DNA of 64,000 nucleotides, from positions 758-64,757 of the forward strand of contig JAMDAY010000001.1 in the NCBI GenBank assembly GCA_023484515.1. The letters are read 5' to 3'. Below are positions 29,827 through 37,842 of the stretch, piece by piece. The stretch comes from Patescibacteria group bacterium (GTDB lineage: Bacteria > Patescibacteriota > Doudnabacteria > UBA920). Below the pieces are notes generated by a model that saw nothing but the letters and a program-made list of their open reading frames with translations, ran no database searches and was not told the origin of the DNA. Both the position numbers and the translations under genes were made by a program. Every line of letters starts with the position of its first letter. Positions within the stretch are counted from its first letter, which is position 1.

Positions 29827-30456
29827 TTAAAATAAGGTATTGGCCGTGGGCTTGGCTCCGGTAAGAGGAGGAGCGGGCAGGCTTTCCATTAATTCTTGGG
29901 GGTAGGGGTTAAGCATATTTATCAGCAGCAAAGGATTAGTCTCCTCGTCCAGCCACAACCTTTCTTTAAGCGGCGGTAAAACGGCTGGCATGCGGTCGTG
30001 GATTTTTTTAACCAGCAAGTTCGGGGCAATGGTGATAATTGTAAAAGCCGGCTGTCCGGTTGTTTTATCGGTTTGCCAAATTCCGGCAAAGGCAAAAATA
30101 TTTTTGGACTTAAGCCGGAACAAATAGGGAACTTTTTTGCTGGCAATTTGCGCCCATTCGTAAAATCCGTCTGCCGGAATGAGGCATCTCCGCTTATGAA
30201 ATGATTCCATAAAAACCGATTTGGTTTCCAAGCTTTCTTTGCGTGTGTTAATAATGGCGCCCCCGGTTTTTTTCCAGGCAGGCTTAACGCCCCAAAGCGC
30301 CAACTTAACCTCGTCCGGCTCGCTGTTTAAAATAACCGGCAGCATTTGCCCCGGCCTGGCATTGGGCTTCGGGCCTAAATCCGGCCCGTTATAACCGGCG
30401 TTAAACGGGCTCCCTAACTCTTTAAAAGGGTGCAGTATGGAAAATGCGCCGCACAT
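29827..30456 (-). CDS. SRAP/YedK abasic-site processing protein
   Basis: Start reassigned to MCG (catalytic Cys2); RCLIPADGFYEW, HDRMP. Confidence 0.9.
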   Translation of the reverse strand: MCGAFSILHPFKELGSPFNAGYNGPDLGPKPNARPGQMLPVILNSEPDEVKLALWGVKPAWKKTGGAIINTRKESLETKSVFMESFHKRRCLIPADGFYEWAQIASKKVPYLFRLKSKNIFAFAGIWQTDKTTGQPAFTIITIAPNLLVKKIHDRMPAVLPPLKERLWLDEETNPLLLINMLNPYPQELMESLPAPPLTGAKPTANTLF

Positions 30457-30550
30457 AATGGAAAAATAGAAAAATGACAAAAATAATAAAATTGACAAAA
30501 CTGTCAAAAGAACTTATCAGTTGCGGCCAAGAATTGCGCCAAAGGCGCTA

Positions 30551-30633
30551 TCATTGGCGTCTGCTTGTAAAGTTGGACAATTTTTCCATTAGAAAGGCAA
30601 AATAATTTTAACTTATTTTACAGGGCTCAATAG
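30551..30633 (-). repeat. H84 hairpin element, inverted copy (83 bp)
   Basis: Reverse complement ctattgagccctgtaaaataagtt...ggaaaaattgtccaact aligns with 37759-37842. Confidence 0.7.
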
Positions 30634-30648
30634 ACGGTGCGTTTAAGT

Positions 30649-31050
30649 CTATTTGCACGAAGCAGCCTCGCCCAAGCAGATTTTTGCTCCCTTAGTCTGC
30701 AAATCAGCGTATCCTCCGGCGTTGCGTACATTGGTAAAGCTGTTTGCCTGTAATATCTGCAAAGCCTGTCCGGCGCGCACTCCTGTGCGGCAATACAGGG
30801 CAATGGAAGCGTCTTTGGGCAGGTTAGGCAGCTCTCCTTGCTGCATTTTGGCCAGGTCAAAGTGCAGGGCATTATCCAAATGCCCGGCTTGCCATTCCTG
30901 GTCCGTGCGCACGTCTATAAACACTTCCTGCTGCGTGGCGACTCCCTGCACAGCGCCATTGTCCGCAGTCTGCGGCCTGCTTTGCCAGAACATAAAACCC
31001 GCAGTCACGACTACAAGAACCGTTAAAACAATATATATTCGTTTGCTCAT
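30649..31050 (-). CDS. Membrane-anchored rhodanese (PspE-like)
   Basis: IDVRT..EW.AGH, YCRTGVRA, NAGGY. Confidence 0.9.
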   Translation of the reverse strand: MSKRIYIVLTVLVVVTAGFMFWQSRPQTADNGAVQGVATQQEVFIDVRTDQEWQAGHLDNALHFDLAKMQQGELPNLPKDASIALYCRTGVRAGQALQILQANSFTNVRNAGGYADLQTKGAKICLGEAASCK

Positions 31051-31087
31051 ATGTGTAAAATAAAATCTTGATAAAGCAAATTAAGCC

Positions 31088-31357
31088 TTAATTATATCTT
31101 TTTGCTTCTTCCCTCTCTTCTTTCTGTCTAATCTGTTCTTCCAGCTTGGAAAATTTTAGCAGGGAAAAAACCAGCATGCCGCCGATTACTATGGCGGAAT
31201 TATTTAAAAGCAGCCACAACGCAATAATTATTATGGACAAGACCAGCATGGTATAGGAAGAACTGGACTGGCTGTGTTCAAACAGCTCTTTGACCGTCCG
31301 GTATTTGTCGTTTTTGGAAATGTTTAAAATGTCACCCTTGTTCTTGTTTTTAGGTAT
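31088..31357 (-). pseudogene. Probable deleted remnant of a DUF389 membrane protein
   Basis: MLVLSIIIIALWLLLNNSAIVIGGML joined directly to a charged tail; ATA at the apparent start. Confidence 0.45.
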
Positions 31358-31493
31358 GTGTTTTTTATTTAGTTGATAATATTATAGCAAAATAGCGTGT
31401 TTTAAGAAAGCTGGAACACGTAAATAAATTAAAAATCGCCCGTTTGTCCGTTCATTATTAGAACGAATTCGGGCGATTTTTAATTTTTACAAC

Positions 31494-32975
31494 CTAGTCT
31501 TCAATCCCGCCTGTAGAAAGCGTATTCAAATCTTGTTGCTGCACTTGAAGGACATTATTCAGTTTCCAGCCGTGGCGGTTGAATACGGTCATGGAAGTGA
31601 TGCCGTAAAGTTGCCCGTCTTTAACCACATAGACCGTATTGCTAGGCCCTTTTAGCAAGGTACCGTCCGGAAAGGTGGCTGGTGACCCCAAAGTTAAGGA
31701 GATGAACTGTTCCGGCGTAATTTGCCGGATATCGGAAAACTTCTTTTTATGGGCGTAGAAAATATTTTGCGAAGTAAATGGCTGAAGCACGCCTCCCGAT
31801 ACCAAGTAAACCGTAGGGTTGCCGGGGATTTTTACCACAGAACCGTCAGGTAAGCCAGACAGGCTTGGCGGCGTAGTCGTGCCGGCAGGCATGGTCGGAG
31901 GTATTATTATGGTTGAATCGTCGTCACTGCCCTGGCCGATAGGCCGGCCAATGCCATAGTAGGCGCCGTCCAGACTGCTGATATTCCTAATGTTTTCAAA
32001 TTTTTTGCCTTTAGCATGGAAGATGGCGGCCGAAGTAAACGGCCGAAGAACGCAATTAACCACCATATAAACGGTGGGACTGTCCCCAATTTTTACTAAA
32101 ATTCCGTTATGCAAGTCGCAAGTGGTTGCCACCGGCGGCGTGGTGGTGTTAGCCTGGTTGGAAAATGTTATGTTATTGCTGGTAGTTGAAGCCAGGCCGG
32201 AAGCGTTTGCTAGAAGCTGGATGGTTCCCGTAGCGGAAAAAGACAAAGCTGAAAAATTCGCATTTCCGTTGTTATCTATAGCTATGGCATTGTTCAAATA
32301 ACCGGCCGTGGTTGTAGGGCTTACCGGAATAACGGAAAGGGAAACGGTGCGGCCGCTGTCGGAAACGGCTACGTTTCCAAATTGATCCTTTACGCTTAAG
32401 GCAGCGCTAAAGGCGCTATTGGTATTTGCCGTAGCAGGCGGTTGAATGGAAAAAAATAGCTTATTGGCGGCACCAGCTACCTGGGCCAAGGTGCCAAAGC
32501 TGGAAGTGGCATTAAATCCGGCTATTTCACCCGAGCTTAGTAAGATGTTGCCAGCCGGGGCAAGCGGAGTGCCGGATTTGACTTTAACCCGCAAAGGGAT
32601 CGTGGAGCCGATTGTTATACTTCCCGCCGCAGTTGAAGTGGCCGTGACGGTTACGCTAAAATGCGTGCTGTCCGGAAAAGATACTGCACCGGAACCGCTT
32701 AAATTTGTGCCAGCAAAAGCTACGTCTGCCGCAGAAGCGGTATCAAACGCAAAGCCCGAAGGTAAGACCCATACTAGGGTACTGGCAGGAATATCTCCGG
32801 GGGCATTTTCGGAAATGGTAAGCGCCGGCAGGGAAACGGGTGTTCCGTTTACGCTGTCGGAGCTGATATTGGCCGTTATAGGAACGGCTACATTTGCGGC
32901 TAAAGCCGGGCTTTGCAGGCTGAGAGACAGGCCCAAAACCACAGCAAAAACCGCAATAATTCTTTTATGGTTCAT
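31494..32975 (-). CDS. Secreted surface protein with three C-terminal G.LVK...PTVY repeats
   Basis: Signal peptide, Ser/Thr-rich beta region, repeats G.LVK..(S/N)PTVY.V...L.PFTS..IF. Confidence 0.7.
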   Translation of the reverse strand: MNHKRIIAVFAVVLGLSLSLQSPALAANVAVPITANISSDSVNGTPVSLPALTISENAPGDIPASTLVWVLPSGFAFDTASAADVAFAGTNLSGSGAVSFPDSTHFSVTVTATSTAAGSITIGSTIPLRVKVKSGTPLAPAGNILLSSGEIAGFNATSSFGTLAQVAGAANKLFFSIQPPATANTNSAFSAALSVKDQFGNVAVSDSGRTVSLSVIPVSPTTTAGYLNNAIAIDNNGNANFSALSFSATGTIQLLANASGLASTTSNNITFSNQANTTTPPVATTCDLHNGILVKIGDSPTVYMVVNCVLRPFTSAAIFHAKGKKFENIRNISSLDGAYYGIGRPIGQGSDDDSTIIIPPTMPAGTTTPPSLSGLPDGSVVKIPGNPTVYLVSGGVLQPFTSQNIFYAHKKKFSDIRQITPEQFISLTLGSPATFPDGTLLKGPSNTVYVVKDGQLYGITSMTVFNRHGWKLNNVLQVQQQDLNTLSTGGIED

Positions 32976-33165
32976 ATTGGTTTCCTTAATTTTTAGTTAT
33001 GTATATATTATATCCTAAAAAACCAGTATTACAAAGTGATTTTTAGGGAATTGTCAAGAAATGCTTTATGTTAAGGCATTAAACGGCAAAGCGCCGGTTT
33101 TTACTTGACGAAAAATAATTTTGGGTATATATTCATTACAGATTATAGATAAAAGTTTTTAGATT

Positions 33166-33459
33166 ATGGCCAGGCCTCGGCTTTGTTTTTGTCCGGAGAT
33201 AAAATTTAATCCGCAGATAACCTATTTCAAGCCGCAGGGAATTCCTGTGGCGGTTTTGAAGATAATGGATTTGAGCGTGGAGGAGCTGGAAGCCATGCGG
33301 CTTAAGAATATGGAAGGCTTGGATCAGGAGAAATGCGCAAAAAAGATGCATACGTCCCAAAGCACGTTCCAGCGCATATTGTCATCCGCCTATAAGAAAG
33401 TTACCCAGGCGCTGGTGGAAGGGAAGGCGATAGAAATAGTCCACCATGACACAGATTGA
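33166..33459 (+). CDS. DUF134 (UPF0251) DNA-binding protein
   Basis: MARPR..C, YFKPQG, EELEAMRL, STFQRIL..A.KKV..ALVEGK. Confidence 0.9.
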   Translation: MARPRLCFCPEIKFNPQITYFKPQGIPVAVLKIMDLSVEELEAMRLKNMEGLDQEKCAKKMHTSQSTFQRILSSAYKKVTQALVEGKAIEIVHHDTD

Positions 33460-33525
33460 AAGATTGAAAATTTTCAGGCTTGCCAATCTTTCAATCTTTA
33501 AATCTTTAAATTTTTAAATTTTTTT

Positions 33526-34221
33526 ATGTCCCCAACAATCCTGGAAATAAAAAATCTGACCGTGGAGCTGGACAAGGAAAAAATCATAGACAATTTTTCT
33601 TTTTCCGTCCAGCAGGGCGACATTGTAGCCATCTTAGGGCCCAATGGCGCGGGCAAAACCGTGCTGCTTCGCACCCTGCTCGGCTTAATGCCTTTTAGCG
33701 GCCAGGTTTCCTGGCTCAAGCCCTTGCGCAAGGGCTATGTGCCGCAGCGTTTGCCTTTGGTTAAGGGTATTCCCATTACCGTAGCCGAATTTTTCAAGTT
33801 GAAAGGTATTAAAAATTACCAGGAAAGCGAGGAAAGCGTATTACGGTCAGTCGGACTGGAGAAGGGGATATTAAAGCGCCCCATGAACCTGCTGACTCCC
33901 GGGCAGTACCAGCGCACGCTCATGGCCTGGCAGCTAATGTCTAATCCGGAAGTGGTGTTTTTCGACGAGCCCATGGAAGGCATAGACGTATCCGGGCAGC
34001 AGTCAATTTACCGTTTGCTGGAAAAAATCCATTTGGAAAAAAATTTAACAATCTTTCTGGTTTCCCATGACTTGAGCGTGGTTTACCAGTTCGCCAGCAA
34101 AGTCATCTGCCTAAGCCGCAACTTGGTTTGCGCGGGCATGCCCAAAGAAGCCTTAACCGCCGAAATGCTGGGCCAGCTTTACGGCGGAGAAACTAAATTT
34201 TATCAACATCACCATGACTAG
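33526..34221 (+). CDS. Zn/Mn ABC transporter ATPase (ZnuC-like)
   Basis: GPNGAGKT, GYVPQ, FDEP, VSHD, His-rich C-terminus. Confidence 0.88.
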   Translation: MSPTILEIKNLTVELDKEKIIDNFSFSVQQGDIVAILGPNGAGKTVLLRTLLGLMPFSGQVSWLKPLRKGYVPQRLPLVKGIPITVAEFFKLKGIKNYQESEESVLRSVGLEKGILKRPMNLLTPGQYQRTLMAWQLMSNPEVVFFDEPMEGIDVSGQQSIYRLLEKIHLEKNLTIFLVSHDLSVVYQFASKVICLSRNLVCAGMPKEALTAEMLGQLYGGETKFYQHHHD

Positions 34222-34996
34222 CCATTTTTTGTACAGTTTGGTTACGGGCATATTTGTCGGCGGCATTGCCGGTTACTTGGGCACGCTAATGCTTTTGAAA
34301 AAAATGACCGTAGCCGTAGACCCGTTGTCGCATTTTGTGCTGCCGGGAGTCGGCCTGGCAGTGCTTATGTCTTTTGATCCTTCCTTGGGCGCTTTTGCTT
34401 CCATCCTGCTAGGCGTGGTTGCGGTTTGGATTCTGGAAACCAAAACCAAACTGCCGACGGAAACGCTTATTGCCGTGCTGTTTACCGCGGGCGTGGCCAT
34501 TGCCTTATTGATCGCACCCTCGGGAAGTTTGGAGGAAATTTTTACCGGCGACATTTTGCTCATTGGCCCCTGGTCCGCAGGAATTGCGGCGGCCGCTTCC
34601 TTGCTGATCTTTTTCGTTTTGCAAAAAATTTATTCCAAAATCATTTTAATGGAAATTTCCGAAGACCTGGCTAAAATGGAAGGCGTGAATACTAAAAAGT
34701 ACCTTTTAGTGTATTTAATCGCTTTGGCTTTGGTGGTGGCTTTGGAAGTCAAGCTGGTCGGGGGGCTAATGACTGCGGCCTTAGTCGCCGTGCCGGCCGT
34801 CACAGCCAGGCTGTTAAGCCGCAATTTAAGGCAATACGCCGTTTTGGGCATAGTGTTTGGCATTGTTTTTTCCGTTGCCGGAATTTTACTATCCCAGGCC
34901 ATAAGCCAACCGGCCGGCATTTTGATTACCTTGACTGCGGTTACGGTTTTTATGGTTGTGTTTTTGTTGAAATCCCTGGCTTTAAGAAAATCTTAA
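34214..34996 (+). CDS. Zn/Mn ABC transporter permease (ZnuB-like)
   Basis: DPLSH..LPG, GDIL, EDLAKMEG, VGGL. Confidence 0.88.
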   Translation: MTSHFLYSLVTGIFVGGIAGYLGTLMLLKKMTVAVDPLSHFVLPGVGLAVLMSFDPSLGAFASILLGVVAVWILETKTKLPTETLIAVLFTAGVAIALLIAPSGSLEEIFTGDILLIGPWSAGIAAAASLLIFFVLQKIYSKIILMEISEDLAKMEGVNTKKYLLVYLIALALVVALEVKLVGGLMTAALVAVPAVTARLLSRNLRQYAVLGIVFGIVFSVAGILLSQAISQPAGILITLTAVTVFMVVFLLKSLALRKS

Positions 34997-35052
34997 AATA
35001 GTTATGGGGGTTAGTGTCCAGGATTTATGGAAATTAAACAAATATCAACGAT

Positions 35053-35093
35053 ATCAACGGGCACCATTGCGCTGCGCAATGGTGCCCGTTGAT
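35053..35093. terminator. Bidirectional hairpin between convergent genes
   Basis: atcaacgggcaccattgcgc-t-gcgcaatggtgcccgttgat. Confidence 0.6.
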
Positions 35094-35124
35094 TGGATTG
35101 TTTGAATTGTATGACTGCTTGGTG

Positions 35125-35952
35125 TCATTGGTTATCGGGAGTGCCGCTTGCCTGGGTTTGCGTTTGTGCTTGGAATGCGGCTTTTAGCTGGATGCGCGCC
35201 TGTTCCATGGCTGCCTTAAAGTCATCCGCGGCTTTTTTCACGGCCTGGTTTCTGGTTTGGGTTAAGGTTCTGACTTTTCCCCCGCGGTTGTCCAAGTTTT
35301 GTTTGGTTTTTTGCAATTCGGCCTGAGCCGCTCTTAAAGCGTTGTTTAATGCGGTTTTAGCCGTAACCGTATCCTGGCCGGCTTGGCAATCGCTTTGGGC
35401 TTTATTCAAAGCGGTTTGGACAGCGGTTTTGTATTTGCTGGCAGCGTTTTGCAGCAAGGTTTCCCGGTTTGCCGCTTCGGCATCCAGGCCTTTGCGGAAA
35501 GCTTCCATGGCCGCATCAACCGCGGCTTTTCTGGCTGCGGCCGCTGTCCGTACTTGCTGCTGGAATTGGACAATGGCTTGCTTTTGCGCTTCGGTTTGGG
35601 CGCGTTCCAGTAATTGCTGCATTACCGCTTTCGTGGTGGAAGCAGCCTGCTCGCGCGCCTGTTCCATATTTTGGTCGCGTTCCTCACGGCGGTTGTGCAA
35701 CGCATCTTTGGTATTCTGCCTTGCCTGGGTAACCTGCTGGTATTTTTCCGTCAAGCGGTTTTGGGTTGCGGCGCCGGCATTGGCAAGCCTGGTGCAAAAA
35801 GTGTTTTGGATAGTTTTAGGCGCGGTAGTGCTTGCGCTACCCGTCGCGACGGAAGAGTTGGGCCGCTGAACCGCCATGGCGGACGGGGCAAACGCAAGTC
35901 CGGCGCATGCTGCCGCTACGGCCAGCGCCCGTATTTTAGAAATCGTTTTCAT
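35125..35952 (-). CDS. Secreted Ala/Gln-rich helical protein
   Basis: Signal peptide, long coiled coil, two Cys. Confidence 0.7.
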   Translation of the reverse strand: MKTISKIRALAVAAACAGLAFAPSAMAVQRPNSSVATGSASTTAPKTIQNTFCTRLANAGAATQNRLTEKYQQVTQARQNTKDALHNRREERDQNMEQAREQAASTTKAVMQQLLERAQTEAQKQAIVQFQQQVRTAAAARKAAVDAAMEAFRKGLDAEAANRETLLQNAASKYKTAVQTALNKAQSDCQAGQDTVTAKTALNNALRAAQAELQKTKQNLDNRGGKVRTLTQTRNQAVKKAADDFKAAMEQARIQLKAAFQAQTQTQASGTPDNQ

Positions 35953-36286
35953 TGTATACCTCATTTAGGGAGTTAATTGTATTTGACCCGTTGTTTATGA
36001 TAGAGGTATCGCCATCCTCTTGTGCCGCAATTGTTTGGTCCGGGTCATAGCCTTGGATTACCGCGTCTACAGCCGCATCCACGGCAGCCCCTGCCGTTGG
36101 TGCCTGCTTAATCCGGGTCGCCGCTTCTTCGGCGGCCGGTTGCGCAGCAGGCTGGGTTTGCGATGCCTGGTTTCCCTTGGGCGAAGTGTCTGAAGGCGCG
36201 GAAACGGGATATTTTAAATAAGCCGTTACCGCAACCGCAACAACCGCAACCGCCAAAGGAATTAAAACCTTGGTTTTTTTGCTCAT
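35936..36286 (-). CDS. Small membrane-anchored hypothetical protein
   Basis: N-terminal TM; overlaps the next start. Confidence 0.65.
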   Translation of the reverse strand: MSKKTKVLIPLAVAVVAVAVTAYLKYPVSAPSDTSPKGNQASQTQPAAQPAAEEAATRIKQAPTAGAAVDAAVDAVIQGYDPDQTIAAQEDGDTSIINNGSNTINSLNEVYNENDF

Positions 36287-36318
36287 TTTTGTTAAGTTAA
36301 TTTTATTTTACTTCCAAT

Positions 36319-36481
36319 GAGGCTGTCTAAAAAACTCCATTTGGGCTGCAATTGCAAAATTTCGGCCATTTGGGCCAAAAAATTTTTCCGCTTAGCCTAC
36401 GGCTAAACATCAAAATTTATTTGCCCCAACTGCCTTGAAATTTTGCAATTTCGCCTACAAAGCGAGTTTTCAGACCACCTC
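36319..36481. mobile_element. MITE-like element (about 163 bp)
   Basis: Imperfect TIRs gaggctgtctaaaaaactc/gagttttcagaccacctc, inner IR ttgcaaaatttc/gaaattttgcaa, flanking aat duplication. Confidence 0.65.
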
Positions 36482-36600
36482 AATTACATTATACTCCGGT
36501 TTGCAGATTCGCTCACGGCTGTTATCCACAATTATTATCCGCAAACTATTCTACTTGCCGCAACTGCCATGTTTCCAGCCGGTTTTGACTATCCGGCAAC

Positions 36601-36648
36601 TTGACAAATTTGCGGGTGTAAGGTATCATTCAAACAAACGTTTGAATA
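36601..36648 (+). promoter_or_regulatory. Sigma70 promoter and ArsR-type operator
   Basis: TTGACA-17-TATCAT followed by the inverted repeat ttcaaac-aaac-gtttgaa. Confidence 0.65.
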
Positions 36649-36654
36649 ATAAGT

Positions 36655-36960
36655 ATGAGGAATTTCCGGACAAAAATCGTAACTAAGGAACTGGCCCAAA
36701 AAGCCAGCATGCTGAGTTTGGCGGGAGAAGAGGCCAGGATCCGCATCTTGTGCGTATTGCTGGAACGCCCCGGTTCCTGCGTGTCGTTTATTTCCGAGCA
36801 GTTAAACATGTCAGTGGCTGCAGTATCCCACCATTTGCAGCTCATGCACAAAGGCGGCTTGCTGCAGGCGCAAAGGCAGGGCAAACAGGTATGTTACCGG
36901 CTAAGGAAAGGAAAATTGATCAGCCATTTAAGGAAGTTTATTTGCCACGAACCAGGGTAA
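36655..36960 (+). CDS. ArsR/SmtB regulator
   Basis: RIRIL, CVS.I, AVSHHL, R.GKQVCY. Confidence 0.9.
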   Translation: MRNFRTKIVTKELAQKASMLSLAGEEARIRILCVLLERPGSCVSFISEQLNMSVAAVSHHLQLMHKGGLLQAQRQGKQVCYRLRKGKLISHLRKFICHEPG

Positions 36961-37044
36961 GGTTAAGTGTCCTTGAAGGGTCTCTTCAAGGAAGATACAA
37001 CATCAATTTAAATACCTCCGGAATTCCGGAGACAAGGAGAATAT

Positions 37045-37662
37045 ATGAATCTCGCATATTTCCGCAAAAGCAACCTGCCGGCAGAAGAGGCGGTTGCCGC
37101 GTTAAAAACCAAAGCCCAGGAAGCGGGTTTTAAGGTTTTGGGTGAAATGGATTTGCCCGAAGGGGCGGGTAAAACCATACTTATCTGCAACCAGGCATGG
37201 CTTAAGCAATTATTGGACATTGACCATAATCTGGTAGGATTTTTGCCTTGCGCCGTTTCCGTAATTAAAAAGGGTAACGACGTATTGGTCGGCAGCGGAC
37301 AGACCGCAATCTTAAAAGCCTTGGCCCAGCAGCCGCAATTGGCGCAATTGGCGGCCGATGCGGATAAAACCGTCAAGGAGATTATCCACCATGCTGCCGG
37401 CGTGGAAGCCCTAAAACCGGTTAGCGTTAAATTGTATTCCACCATGTCATGCCCTTACTGCAAAATGGAAAAGTCGTGGCTGGAAGGCAAAAATATCAAG
37501 CACGAAGTGGTTTATGTGGATTTAAACCAGAAAGAGGCCGAAGCAATGGTGCAAAAAACCGGGCAAATGGGCGTGCCGGTAACGGAAATCCAGTATGAAG
37601 ACGGCGAACCGGAATTTATAATCGGTTTTGACAAGCCGCGCTTGGAACAGATCTTAACGTAA
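37045..37662 (+). CDS. DUF302 domain fused to glutaredoxin
   Basis: GF.VL, ICN, FLPC; YST.SCPYC, TGQMGVP, IGFD. Confidence 0.85.
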   Translation: MNLAYFRKSNLPAEEAVAALKTKAQEAGFKVLGEMDLPEGAGKTILICNQAWLKQLLDIDHNLVGFLPCAVSVIKKGNDVLVGSGQTAILKALAQQPQLAQLAADADKTVKEIIHHAAGVEALKPVSVKLYSTMSCPYCKMEKSWLEGKNIKHEVVYVDLNQKEAEAMVQKTGQMGVPVTEIQYEDGEPEFIIGFDKPRLEQILT

Positions 37663-37758
37663 AATATACAACAGATATAGCATAGAAATACGGTTGTATT
37701 ACAACCGTATTTTTATATATTTCTATTGTATTTCATGCTTTATTTTGCCTTTTCCGGC

Positions 37759-37842
37759 CTATTGATCTTTGCAAGATAAGTTGAGCGAATTATGCCTGAT
37801 TGATTGGAAAAATTGTTCAACTTAATATGCTGTGCTCTATAG
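37759..37842 (+). repeat. H84 hairpin element
   Basis: 84 bp; supplies the C-terminus and stop of the ATPase on the minus strand. Confidence 0.8.

Noticed and set aside
33455-33520. Degenerate 7-8-nt tandem repeats (also about 48010, 59320 and 63090)
   Set aside because: Low complexity with no spacers; no function can be supported.
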